DNA of 64,000 nt. Source: Eutreptiella sp. 'Long Island Sound 2002' (lineage: Eukaryota; Protista; Euglenida). The stretch spans positions 56,296,001 to 56,360,000 of the forward strand of contig OZ038378.1 of the NCBI GenBank assembly GCA_964036045.1. Direction: 5' to 3'. Of the stretch, positions 35,396 to 46,812 are shown one piece after another. Positions within the stretch are counted from its first letter, which is position 1; every line of letters starts with the position of its first letter. The notes beneath the pieces are model-generated. The model did not search any database. It was not told where the DNA came from and was given only the letters and a program-made list of their open reading frames with translations. A program made the position numbers and the translations under genes.

Positions 35396-36223
35396 AGCCC
35401 CCCCCCCGCTTTTGTTTTTACTAAGTAAATTAATTAGTAAAAAAAAAGCATGGGAAATTTCGCAGAGATCCCCCCAAATTTTGCGGTCAATTTGAGACAC
35501 CACATTTCCCACGCAAAACTAAGCCCCTATGAGGGACGTCGAGGGGCAGAAGCAGCACCTGTAAGCAGAGGGACGGCAATTCCACTCTCACTGAATCATA
35601 CACGTACCTCCAGGGGCTTTGGACAAGCAATGCCAAGAGTCTCCTCCTGAAGACCCAACCCAGTGCGAACACCCGGAAGGAGGCGCTTAGCACACGTACA
35701 GGGGTGCAGGGGGATTGCCCATTCCGGCACTGGGTGGAGCACGCACTGCCTCCCCCTCCCCCTTTCCGCGCGTGCCCCTGCACAAGGCTGAAGGGAAGAT
35801 GCAAGGGCGTCTGCCACGGCGGGTGTTGGCGGTTGGATATGTGGCCGAGGGGCAGCCTCAGTTACGAAACGGTTGGTGTGCTCCCCAAAGCCCCCCGCCC
35901 CCCCTGGAGTAGTCAAACAGGACAAGTCATCCGGAGGCTCCGTTAACACAATCAAAACACGTTCGGGCCCAAAGAGGGTCAGAATGAGCAGTGGCGAGAG
36001 GCCAATAGGCGCCGCCAGAGGCAAACAATCAGATACCTGGGCCTTGTGCCAACCCCCCCCCCCCCCCCCCCTGTGTGGCATTCTGTTGGATTGCAGTTTC
36101 TTGACGGGTCCCAGGACAGTCGCACGTTCGTGCCTTTGCGTGCTGCGTCGGGTCTGTGCGTCCTTACGGCTGCTGGGGCCAGCGTTCGTTGTGGTGTCGT
36201 TTCCACGTTGGGGGCCCAGCAGT

Positions 36224-36226
36224 ACA

Positions 36227-36258
<32 letters not shown>

Positions 36259-36286
36259 ACACACACACATACACGCACACACACAT

Positions 36287-36322
<36 letters not shown>

Positions 36323-36357
36323 ACACACACACACACATACACACACACACACACATC

Positions 36358-36397
<40 letters not shown>

Positions 36398-36403
36398 CAC
36401 ATA

Positions 36404-36446
<43 letters not shown>

Positions 36447-36492
36447 CCACACCCATACACATACACACACATACACACACACACACACACAC
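36224..36492. repeat. Long imperfect (CA)n microsatellite
   Basis: Direct observation. Confidence 0.99.
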
Positions 36493-37470
36493 GTTGGGAA
36501 CCGCGAGACAAGAACGAAGCAAGAAAAGCGGTTGAAAGAAAACTCCTCAGGAACAGCAGAGCTGTCCTAGACGTCTTTCGGTCTGTTGGTAGAGAATGAG
36601 CAAGTGCAGTTCCGGACAGTGGACCTTTCCTATCCCAATTCAGTTCTGCGTCGCCCAACAGACCACAAAAACCGCCCGCGGAGGAGCTCGTGCACTACCG
36701 TTGCCATTGCCTAGGTTTATCGTGTGCTGGGTGCCACCACCCCGCCACACACACACAGGAAAACATTCACGGAGGGCGGGGATTGCGCAGCGTGGTACAG
36801 CGGCCGTGCAGCCGGCTTGCACCTTGAAGACCCGAGTTCGAGTCCTCCTCTGCCGGCAAGCAGAGGAGGACTACGAGGAGGAAATGCGCCACCCGGCGGA
36901 CGCCAGTACCAGTGACGGGGCGCTGTTGCCGGTGTGCCGTGCTTGGTGTCTCGTTTTTTTGTGTGTTATTGCAGACATACCAGGGAAACATTCATGGAGG
37001 GGGAGGCAGGGAGGAAGCAGGGGTAGAGGAACCAGACTTTCGCTGGGTTTTGCGCAGCGTGGCGGAGCGGTTGCGCAGCAGACCCCCGCCTTGAAGACCC
37101 CGGTTCGAGTCCTCTTCCGCGGGCAAGCGGAAGAGGAATATGAGGAGGACGTGCGCCACCCGGCGGACGGCGATAGCAGTGACGGAGCGCGCTGCTGCAT
37201 GTGCGCTGTGCCTGGTGCTTCGTTTTTTTTGTGTGTGGGTCTAACCTCTGGGGGGTGGGTGGGTGGTGGGTGGGTGGGAAAACTGGAGGAGACAGGCACG
37301 TCCAGGGTATGCGCCAAGGCTGGCTGCTCGGGCGTGGCGGGGGTCGAACGCCGTGGCGGGGGCCTCACCGACGGGCCCCTGGACGGACGGACGAACTGGG
37401 GTTCGAACCCCCGACCACGACGAGCGCAAGCCATGGCGCATACCACTAGACCGTCCATGCCTCTTACCAG
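36490..37470 (+). mobile_element. SINE-like composite: two tandem tRNA-headed units (+) and a different tRNA-headed unit (-)
   Basis: A box TGGTACAGCGG 36793 / B box GTTCGAGTC 36836; A box TGGCGGAGCGG 37060 / B box 37103; minus-strand head 37388-37460 (CGGTCTAGTGG...GGTTCGAACCC). Flanked by (CA)n on both sides. Confidence 0.75.
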
Positions 37471-37479
37471 TTTGGGTGC

Positions 37480-37514
<35 letters not shown>

Positions 37515-39369
37515 ACACTCACACACACCCACCACACACACACACACACACACACACCGCTTTTATTTCTGTTGCGTGCTTTTAAAAGGGGGGGGGGGTT
37601 TAGTCTGAAAGTACTGCGCAGTGAGTGCACAGTGCAAGGATTCCCCCCTTAGCCTGCGCTGCGCCCCCTCGGCAGCCCTGTGCTCCCCGGTACAAAGAGG
37701 CAATCGGGATCAGCCCCCTCGGCAGCCCAGTGCTCCCCAGTACAAAGAGGCAATCGGGGTCAGCATGTGCCACCACCTGTGCCCTTCTGCTCTTCTGAAG
37801 CCCTTCTTTCCGTGAAGCATTGTCAACCCTCGCGCACTTCTTGTTTGGGGGCGGGGGGTGGATCCAACCAAATATGGACCCTCCTTGTAGAGCCAATAAC
37901 CTCCACATCTGATCACAATGACAAGTCTTCGAGTCCCTCTGTCATAGCGGCTTCGTCTCTACGGCACCAAGGACGTGGACCCCTGCCCACCCCCAATCCA
38001 ACAGCTGGGCAACCAGCCCCTCCATCCGCGTGTAGAGGACACCCTCCTCTAAAGGCGCACACGTACGTACACCCGGAAGTACCAACTGGGATACTCGTTC
38101 GGCCTTGGTAGCAGCCTCCCCTCCCCCCATCCCTCGTAGCCTCCGGCCACAGCTGGTTGCCAAAGGCCACCGGGCTCCGCTGGGATTGGGCCTGACTTGG
38201 CAACAAGCCTCCAAAGAAAAATATACAATCCACCTCCATGGCTGCCTACAGCAACACCACTGCTCGCCACTTTGGAGACCCCTAGAAGGGGGGAGCAGGG
38301 GGGAGGAGGTTCTAGCTCCCAAAGTTAGGGTGGAATTGGGGCTGTGCAGTGATGTTGATTCCACTCCGGTTTTGGGACATGGGGGGCGCACTCAGCGCAG
38401 TGCGGGCGCAGTGCAACTATTTGGGCATGTGGCCGTACTAGAGACCCATACTTTGAGATACTAGGGGCATCATGTTGCCCCTAGCATAGGTTTTGATGCT
38501 TCTTCTGGACCCCCAAGACCCCCCCCTCTTGAAACCCACCTTTTGGGGGGGGTACGTGGGGGGGGGGGGGGGGCTGATGCCTGATGATACGTGAATCAAC
38601 CAGATTTAGTTCATAGGGCTTAGGTGCAATGGAACCGCTTTGCACTCTCTGTGTTTGCTTCTACTGCAGCGACAGGCGCCTATGACATGTCACTGAAGAG
38701 CCTCTTTCTTCAACTTTTGCTTTGCACTTCTGCTTTGTGCTGGACGGTACCGGTCGAGCACACACGTCCGTATCCCATAGCGGGGGATGCCGCAGCCGTT
38801 GGATTTCGTTACAACTACTGTTTGGCGCGTACTACTGGTTTCAGCCTTGGGGACCCACATAGTAGCCACCAGGCCCATGTTGCTTTGGCCATGGCCCCCC
38901 CAAAAGCCCTGTAATTGCTGTTTTGTAGGTCATTTAGTGGCACTTGCTAGTCTCTAGCCGTGTATCTCTTCCCTCTTCGAGCTGCCTTGCCGAAGGCAAT
39001 AGAATTTTTCTGACCTCTACCCCCCCCCCCCACCGTGGCTGCTCGGACCGGGCCCCCGCATGGGGGACTTTTTTTTCGAAAACCCCAACAAATGTGTGTT
39101 CAAAATGATCAGTGGGACGAGGGGATCCTTTTTGAGGTATGTATGTTGGGGTACCGGGGACCCCATCCTGGCTGCCCTCCCCCCCCCCCAGGGCCCAAAT
39201 AGTTGAGAGGGGGTTTGGGTTATGACCTGAGCCTGAGTTCTGCCCCAGACTGTGACCCCATGTGAATGTAACATGCATCACATGTCACCTCAGAGATTAG
39301 GGCTCCAAGGTTCGTCGTCCTGGTGACCTTTTCCTGCCCTCACCCCTGACCCCCTGCCTCACGGGGCTG

Positions 39370-39690
39370 CCGGCGTGACCAGGAGTCATTGGCCGCGGAC
39401 GTGCACTCCCGGGCGGACGACAAGTTCTGGTTGGCGGACGCGATGCAGAACTGCGCGGTGTCCCTCTAGTGCAAACTGGGGCACTGGATCTTTTGGCGCA
39501 CGTCGACATGCAGAAGACGCTGTCGGCAGAGGAGAAGCCCGAGGCCGCGCACGGGGCCCGGCACATCTGGTTTGGGGGGGACGACGAGGGCAAGCGGCCC
39601 TCGGCCCTCGTGGCGGATGAGGACGAGGCGTGTGCGGCCTTTCGTGGAGCGGGCTATGGGTGGCGCCCATATCGATTCGATTAATGAGTT
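39370..39690 (+). other. Isolated GC3-rich coding-like segment (orphan exon or gene fragment, apparent frameshift)
   Basis: RRDQESLAADVHSRADDKFWLADAMQNCAVSL, then VQTGALDLLAHVDMQKTLSAEEKPEAAHGARHIWFGGDDEG in another frame; codon style resembles the exon at 61.3-61.8 kb; no domain recognised. Confidence 0.3.
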
Positions 39691-40098
39691 TGTGTTTGTG
39701 CATGTGGGTGGGTGGGTGTGGGTGCGCATCATGTTTCGCTGTTGTCACTTAGAAATGTTCCATTTATGTGTCTGCCCATGTTTTGATGGTCTCATCATTC
39801 TCTCTCAACAATTTCCCAAGAGTGCTCCACCTGAATCTAGCAATCAACACTTCGGTGCACAGACGGTGCACACCCGGGGCGGCGGCCGGGCTCGGTCCTT
39901 GTATGCGACCCCCCCCTCACCCCCCCCCCCCCCCGGGTTTTGAAAGATAGTGGTGCCGGGTCGGCCACCAGCAAGTGTCCCTAGAGAAAACTGTCCGGCG
40001 CCGAAGGCGCCAATTTTTTTTTTCATACCATGTGTTTATACTCAAAATGCTCAAAATTTTGTAGAGCATTCATATTTGGGCTACAAGAGGGCTGCAGG

Positions 40099-40878
40099 CC
40101 CTAACAGCAACCCTAGCCCTAATCAAGACTGAATATTGAGACCGAGCTGGTGGGGGAGGGAACATCAGCTATGACTGGTGAGGGACATCAAGAATGATTC
40201 ACACATTGATGGCTCTTGACAAAATGAAATTAGCTTGCAAGTGAACCCCATCACCACGAGGCCCACTTTCAAGGCTTTTTGGACTTCTAAGGGGCCAAAA
40301 TGCCCCAAAATGGGTTCAAAATGGGCTCATTTCACCCGTTTGTGCACCCCAAATGGTCTCGGATGAGGTTTGGAAAAATGCGTTTTTGACCCATTTTTGA
40401 CCCATTTTTGGTCCCAAAACAGCCCATTTTCAAGGCATTTTGGGATTTTCGGAGGACCAAAATGGGCCACCACAAGCTCAAAATAGTCCAAAAACTCTTG
40501 TTTTAGCGTCGCACATGGTCTAGAATCATTTTTGAGAAAAGTCATCTTTTTGCCCCTACTGGACCCTGTTAACCCATTTGGGCTCCCACCTTGTTGGGCT
40601 TGAGCTTGCAGCTTGCAGCCTACTGGGCCTAGGTATTGGGGTCTAGGCGTCCGTTTGGGCAGTTGTGAGGGGTGGAAACCACAACAAGTGGGGGATTGTG
40701 GGTGGAGAAGGTGCCCTCGGAATCGCATTTTGAGCCATATAGCCAAAGATATGGCCTATTCCTAGTTTGTGGCTGTCGGCATTTGGGGCTTCTGGGGGCC
40801 TTTTTGGGCCGTTTCCGGGACATATCATGGTGTTAGAGGGCCGCAAAGAGCTTGTTGACACGGGGAAGTCAAGCCGCA
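40099..40878. repeat. ~780-bp repeat beginning with degenerate CCCTAA units, copy 1
   Basis: ccctaacagcaaccctagccctaa-tcaagactgaatatt...; matches 41267-42078. Confidence 0.9.
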
Positions 40879-41149
40879 CGTGGAGTGTACCCACCGTTTC
40901 CCTTCGCTTGGCCGTTTTGAATGTGTTCCAGGGCTTTTTTGGCCCAAAAATGGCTGTTTTTGGCCCTAAACTGCAGTTTTTGAAACCGAGGTCCGCCACT
41001 TGCGAATCCCGTTCCCGGCCGCCACCGTTGAGTTTCTTGCTCAAACTTTGTGTGATTGTACTTCACACCCATAGGTATCATCCACCAAAATTTCACCGGA
41101 ATCGGAAGCACCACGACGGAGTTCTGATTTTTACCCATTTCGCGCGTGC

Positions 41150-41196
<47 letters not shown>

Positions 41197-41266
41197 GCTA
41201 AACCTGGTAGGTCCACCCTAGACACTAAAAAGGGTTATAAAACCAAGACTGGTTCCACCAGCTCGG

Positions 41267-42078
41267 TGACCCTAACCCTAACCCTGGCCCTAACCCTAAC
41301 CCTAATCAAGACTGAATATTGGGACCGAGCTGGTGGGAGAGGGAACATCAGCTATGACTGGTGAAGACATCAGGAATGATTCACACATTGATGGCTCTTA
41401 ACAAAATGAAATCAGCTTGCAAGTGAACCCCATCACCACGAGGCCCACTTTCAAGGCCTTTTGGACTTTTGAGGTGCCAAAATACCCCAAAATGGACTCA
41501 AAATGGGCTCAAAGTGGGCTCATTTCACCCGTTTGTGCACCCCAAATGGTCTAGGATGAGGTTTGGAAAAATGTGTTTTTGACCCATTTTTGACCCATTT
41601 TTGGTCGCAAAACAGCCCATTTTCAAGGCATTTTGGGATTTTGGGAGGACCAAAATGGGCCACCACCACCTGAAAACGGTCCAAAAACACTTGTTTTTAG
41701 CGTCGCACATGGTCTAGGATCATTTTTGAGAAAAGTCATCTTTTTGCCCCTACTGGACCCTGTTGACCCATTTGGGCACCCACCTGTTTGGGCTTGAGCT
41801 TGCAGCTTGCCGCAGCCTAGTGGGCCTAGGTATTGGGGTCTAGGCATCCGTTTGGGCAATTTTGAGGGGTGGAAACCACAAAAAGTGGGGGGTTGCGGGT
41901 GGAGTAGGTGCCCTCGGAATCGCATTTTGAGCCATGTAGCCAAAGATATGGCCTATTCTTGGTTTGTGGCTGTCGGCATTTGGAGCTTCCAAGGGCCTTT
42001 TTGGGCCGTTTCCCGGACATATCATTGAGTTAGAGGGCCGCAAAGAGCTCGTTGACACGGGGAAGTCAAGCCGCACGT
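41267..42078. repeat. ~800-bp repeat beginning with an interstitial telomeric tract (CCCTAA)n, copy 2
   Basis: tgaccctaaccctaaccctggccctaaccctaaccctaa at 41267-41305; body matches 40099-40878; a (GCTT)n tract at ~41148-41197 lies between the copies. Confidence 0.9.
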
Positions 42079-42776
42079 CCGTCCGCCGGGTGGCGCATGT
42101 CCTCCTCATAGTCCTCTTCCGCTTGCTCGCGGAAGAGGACTCGAACTCGGGTCTTCAGGGCGGCGGCCGGCTGCACGGCCGCTCCACCACGCTGCGGGAA
42201 ACCCAGGCAAACACCGGTCTCACCACCTGTGCTGCGCCCCCTGTGTTGAATGTTTCTTGTCGGTTGTACAACTGGGGTTTCACAAAAACGAGGCACCGGG
42301 CACAGCACACCTGCAGCAGCGCGCCCCGTCACTGCTACCGGCGTCCGCCGGGTGGCGCATTTCCTCCTCGTATTCCTCCTCCGCTTGCCTGCGGAAGAGG
42401 GCTCGAACTCGGGTCTTCAGGGTGCCAGCCAGCTGCACGGCCGCTGCACCACGCTGCGCAAACCTCGGGCCCCCTTCCACACCTCCTGCCCTCCCTGAAT
42501 GCTCTCCTGTGTGTGTGTGGCGGGGGGGTGGCACCCAGCACACGATAAATCTAGGCTATGGCAACGGCAGTGCACGAGCTCCTCCGCGGGCGGTTTTATG
42601 GTCTGTTGCGGGGTGCAGAAATGAACTCGGGAAATGGTAAGGTCCACTGTCCGGAACTGCATTTGCTCATTCTCTACCAACAGACCGAAAGACGTCTAGG
42701 ACAGCTCTGCTGTTCCTGAGGAGTTTTCTTTCAACCGCTTTTCTTGCTTCGTTCTTGTCTCGCGGTTCCCAACGTG
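42078..42776 (-). mobile_element. Inverted copy of the tRNA-headed SINE-like repeat at 36490-37240
   Basis: Heads at 42130-42197 and 42392-42459 with A/B boxes on the minus strand; body matches 36490-36780; partial duplicate of its end at 42810-42905. Confidence 0.8.
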
Positions 42777-42907
42777 TGTGTGTGTGTAAAGTGCAGCACA
42801 TTGCCGCGTTTTCTGACAGACCGAAAGACGTCTAGGACAGCTCTGCTGTCTTTGAGGAGTTTTCTTTCACCGCTTTTCTTGCTCTGTTCTTGTTTTTGCG
42901 GTTCTCT

Positions 42908-42989
<82 letters not shown>

Positions 42990-42990
<1 letters not shown>

Positions 42991-43650
42991 TTTGGGGCCT
43001 GCCGGTGGAATGCAACTGTGCGGACAGGCAAGGGAACTGTCAGGGCGCATGTTTGGGACCAATTCTCCGATGTATGGGTTTTTGCATTTCACTGGGAGGG
43101 GAAGGGAAAGGATTAAACCACGTTCAACCGGCAGCATTAACAGATACGTGGGATCTTCGCCTGGGGCCGTCCCTTATGAATCCCAGGCACGCGTACAAAG
43201 CATACCTCAGTGGTATTTTCACAGGGGCCTTAGCAAATGGACGGGCCTGGGTGAGCACATGGGCGGGGGAGATCCTGAGTGCGCTGGCATGGCTGCAAGC
43301 AGGGATGAGGGCAGGGTACACCAGGCAAGAGAGTATGCGTGCGATGCACAGAGCGCTACATCGGGCGTTCGCTGGGGAGCCACATTTTCTGCCCGCTACA
43401 GTAAAGGCTGTGTATACCCTGTTCCACAGACTTCCTGCTCCAAAGTGTGTAATCGTCGCAGCTCTGCAGAAACACTTGAAACAGTTTGCACACTGGGAAG
43501 GGGAAAGATACACATCAGGGGCACGCAGGGGGTGCCCAGGGCGGCACGCATATGAGGTAATCTGGAATTATGACTGGCGGGCTGCTGGGCCCCTGGACGT
43601 CAAGTCTGTCGAGAACCCACAAGGGTGCGTTGGCACCTGTCCCCGGTGAT
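42990..43650 (+). mobile_element. 5'-truncated Penelope-like element fragment (RT C-terminus/thumb) directly after (TG)n
   Basis: CLWGLPVECNC...DLRLGPSL...FTGALANGRAWVSTWAGEILSALAWLQ aligns with the 30650-31450 copy; (TG)n at 42909-42988. Confidence 0.8.
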
Positions 43651-43714
43651 TTGCAGTGGGTTGGGGGGGGCACAACACTGACTGTCCAATTTTTCCGAAT
43701 ACAATTTTTCACAC

Positions 43715-44010
43715 GAACAGGTAAGAGGCATGGACGGTCTAGTGGTATGCGCCATGGCTGGCGCTCGTCGTGGTCGGGGGTTCGAATCCCGGTTCGTCCG
43801 TCCGTCCAGGGGCCCGTCGGTGAGGCCCCCGCCACCGCCCCCGTCATCATCCCGCTCCACCACCGGTACCGCCGGTGCGACGGGTGGCGTGTCTCCTCCA
43901 TTTTTTCCAACCCCAACCCCAGCCCCTGGGCCCCGGAGACCAGAAAAACGAAGCACCAAAGAACAGCACACCTGCAGCAGCGCGCTCCGTCACTGCTACC
44001 GCGGACGTCC
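43715..44010 (+). mobile_element. Second tRNA-headed SINE-like unit, joined to the inverted tail of the first type
   Basis: A box CGGTCTAGTGG 43735, B box GGTTCGAATCC 43779; ends in cacctgcagcagcgcgctccgtcactgctacc, the reverse complement of the tail at 37170-37205. Confidence 0.75.
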
Positions 44011-44184
44011 TTGGTAGAACAGTCGCTGGTGGTGTGGTGGGGGTAGGTGTGGCGTGAGGTGATGGAGGGCATGTTTGATGCCTTTGACTGACCCGGCTGC
44101 CGGAAGGCAAACCAGGGGTCCGGCGCCGCTCACGATCACCGACCTACAGCGCCCCGCAGGGTGGGGTTGGGAGGGGGGGGTGGG

Positions 44185-45426
44185 TCAATGCGAGAACGCC
44201 GTTTTGCGGCAATTCCTAGTTCGCGGGCATTGCGGTATATGCGATGGCAGCGGTGTTATATTCAACACAGGGTGTATGCCCACTCGTTGGTGTAGCTCCT
44301 TCGCGGAGTCGTGCATGGCATTTACAGTGTGGTTTGGGTAGTGACATGGACGGGGAGCAGGGCTCCTCGCCGTCGTGATGGTTGGCATTGTTGGCGGGGA
44401 GCACCGCTCCGCTCCGCCGTTGGCCATTGCATAGTGTGTCGTTGTGTTTTGGTATGTTGTCAGGTTGGCGGTGTTGGCTGGCGGGGAGCAGGGCTCCACT
44501 CCGCTGTCTCCGTTGTGTAGTAGGAGCACGATGATGTGTGTCATCAATCCTATGAAACACAGAGGTCGTGGCCTCCATGGGGTTGTTCCGTTGCGTCGTA
44601 CGGTGGTGTGCCAAGGGCGGGGAGCGAGGCTCCGCACCGCCGTCATGTTGTTCTCTGTCCTGTCGGTCGTGTCTGGTGGTTGGTTGTCGGTGTCTTGGCG
44701 GGGAGTTGAGCTCCACACCGCCGTTTGGGGGATGTTTGGGAGGGAGGCAAACCTGGCTCGCGGCGGTGCGTCATCCGGCAGTCTCAGGCCATCTGAACGG
44801 CGAGCATGTGCAGCACCGGTGTCCATAACAGGCGGGCCGACGTCGGTCTCCGGGGGCCTCAAAGCCTCAGTGTCGTCGGCCGCGACGGATGCCAACCCAC
44901 CATTGTACTCGCTGTCAGGGTCATTGACCTGGACGTCAAGATCTCCGGCTGTCACAGGGGTCGTAGTCAGGCGGTGGCGTGCAGCCTCATGTCCCTTGTG
45001 TACAGCAGTAGCCTTGGTGACCTCCGCGTGATCTGGGACAGTCGTTTCAGTCGTGCTCTTGACTCGCCGTGGTGTTCGCATGTCTCCAGGTCCATCCTCG
45101 GTCAGCCTGTTGTACCCCGTCCATTCGGCAGCGGCTTTGAGGGCCTGCACATAGTAATCCAGCCAGGGGGCTTCTGCCGAGCGGGCGGCTGCCTTTGGGT
45201 CGCCCGGGAGCTCCTGGGGGTCTTGGTTGTCGGTCAGCTTGTTGATCTCTCGGCCAGAAGCGATGCCGGTGTCAGCGTTCTTGTCGATGCTCAATGTCTG
45301 CTTGTTGGTGTCCAGCGTGGAGGTCTTCACTGCGTGGGCGTATCTGCTCTCCTTTGCCTGCGACATAACGGCAGCTTCGCGCTCGTTGAAATCGCTGAGC
45401 TCCTTATCGTTGTTGTCGGTGTTCAA
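44185..45426 (-). CDS. 413-aa low-complexity ORF with internal repeats, probably TE-derived
   Basis: ~129-bp duplication (AKENGYAHAAKTSTLDT / AKESRYAHAVKTSTLDT); RSLAPRPWH / RSPAPRPCH repeats; same strand bias as the LINE. Confidence 0.35.
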   Translation of the reverse strand: MNTDNNDKELSDFNEREAAVMSQAKESRYAHAVKTSTLDTNKQTLSIDKNADTGIASGREINKLTDNQDPQELPGDPKAAARSAEAPWLDYYVQALKAAAEWTGYNRLTEDGPGDMRTPRRVKSTTETTVPDHAEVTKATAVHKGHEAARHRLTTTPVTAGDLDVQVNDPDSEYNGGLASVAADDTEALRPPETDVGPPVMDTGAAHARRSDGLRLPDDAPPRARFASLPNIPQTAVWSSTPRQDTDNQPPDTTDRTENNMTAVRSLAPRPWHTTVRRNGTTPWRPRPLCFIGLMTHIIVLLLHNGDSGVEPCSPPANTANLTTYQNTTTHYAMANGGAERCSPPTMPTITTARSPAPRPCHYPNHTVNAMHDSAKELHQRVGIHPVLNITPLPSHIPQCPRTRNCRKTAFSH

Positions 45427-45650
45427 TGCCCGCTTGAAGGTGTCCAGCGTGGAGGTCTTCGCCGCGTGGGCGTATCCGTTCTCCTTCGCCTACGGCAGAG
45501 CGGCAGCTTCGTGATTGTGGAAATCGTTGTTGAGCTTCTTGTCAGCGGGATTGTTGTTCGCGGTCTCGGGCCGTCGTAGCACATCAGCTCGACGGGGCAT
45601 GGTCCCAGGGGAGCAGCAGAGGCACAAGAAGTCGAAAAAAAAATAGACAC

Positions 45651-46244
45651 TCAGAAAGTGATACGTTGTGCAACAGCATCCAGACCGGGCAGACCGTGGT
45701 ACTGGGGCAGCTCAGTAGTGTGCAACACACCGACAGCAGTCACATTTAAAGTGTGATCAGGGCTATGGGGGTCCACCCCATTGATGTAGCGACGATAATT
45801 GTCGAACCACAGTGTAATTTGCTGTCTCTCAAATGAATCCCACAAGCATGAAGCTTGAACACAGGCCTGGGCCGAGATAGCAGGGGCATTGATAGTGCAT
45901 TCCCCTGACATTGCTGGCTTACAGCGAATGGACTTGGTCATTGTACCGCGATACGAGGCTCCAGTGGCTCTCTCAGCACGGGGATATGCCAGCACTCGCA
46001 CAATGTTATACGGTGAGAAAACTTGCTCCCGCAGGACAAACAACCATCTTGGTGGACGACTAGAACCCCAGGCAGCCCGCACATACCCAACATTACGTCT
46101 AGTCTTTCTATTGTGACGCAAATCAAGTGCCAGCTGCAGCAGCCGGAGTGTCCTCCCTTTTTTCAATGCCACCCGAATGACAGCCTTCGGGGTGCGAACA
46201 CGAGTACCACCCACGGCTGTTTGAAGAAAGCGCACATCAATCAA
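45651..46244 (-). pseudogene. Transposase-like ORF, N-terminal part
   Basis: QQITLWFDNYRRY...HTLNVTAVGVL has a candidate first catalytic Asp (WxDN); lies just inside the palindrome block and TIR. Confidence 0.4.
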
Positions 46245-46337
46245 GTCTCACAGCCACATTGGCAAAAGCACCGCTAAGAGTTAGTGAATAGAACCCAACA
46301 GAGGTACCACCCCGTAGGTAAAGGGTGTCAAGGCAAG

Positions 46338-46812
46338 CTGGAAGAAATTTTGCCGAGGTTCAACTTTATTGACTGCCCGGCCTAAGTGACAATGAGGGAA
46401 AGGGCAACATATCAGGCACAAGAGAAGCAAAGAAACAACACGGGGGGGGGGGGCTGGAAGAAATTTCGCCCAGGTTCACTGATTGCTGTTTTTGACCTAT
46501 ACATTTTGCAGTAGAGGCGGAGCTGGGGGAAATTTCGCCCAAGGTCATCAAGACTTAAAAACATGTATACCTTTTTTGCTATCCGGGAGGGCTGGGGGAA
46601 ATTTCGTCCAGGTCTTGGCAAATTGGCAAATAGAGACAGTGAATTTGAGTTGCAAAGTGTGTATGCATAGGACACGCAACAAATGTAGAATTATTCTTCA
46701 CCACCTATTTCAGTACAGGCGACACATGGAAAAGATAGGTAAAAAACAAGACACAGAAAAGGCGACAAAGTGCACATGTTTGGGTCGTAAGAGGCGGGTA
46801 GTTAGCGTGGCC
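46338..46812. repeat. Right subterminal block: four CTGGGCGAAATTTCGCCCAG-like motifs and the TIR AGTTAGCGTGGCC followed by TA
   Basis: Motifs at 46338, 46454, 46523 and 46592, inverted relative to 5082/5151; TIR at 46800-46812. Confidence 0.7.

Noticed and set aside
41267-41305. True chromosome end
   Set aside because: Only about six interrupted units, with ordinary sequence on both sides.
36785-43800. Functional tRNA genes
   Set aside because: A and B boxes are present, but anticodon and acceptor stems do not pair, and the heads sit in multi-copy repeats; treated as SINE heads.
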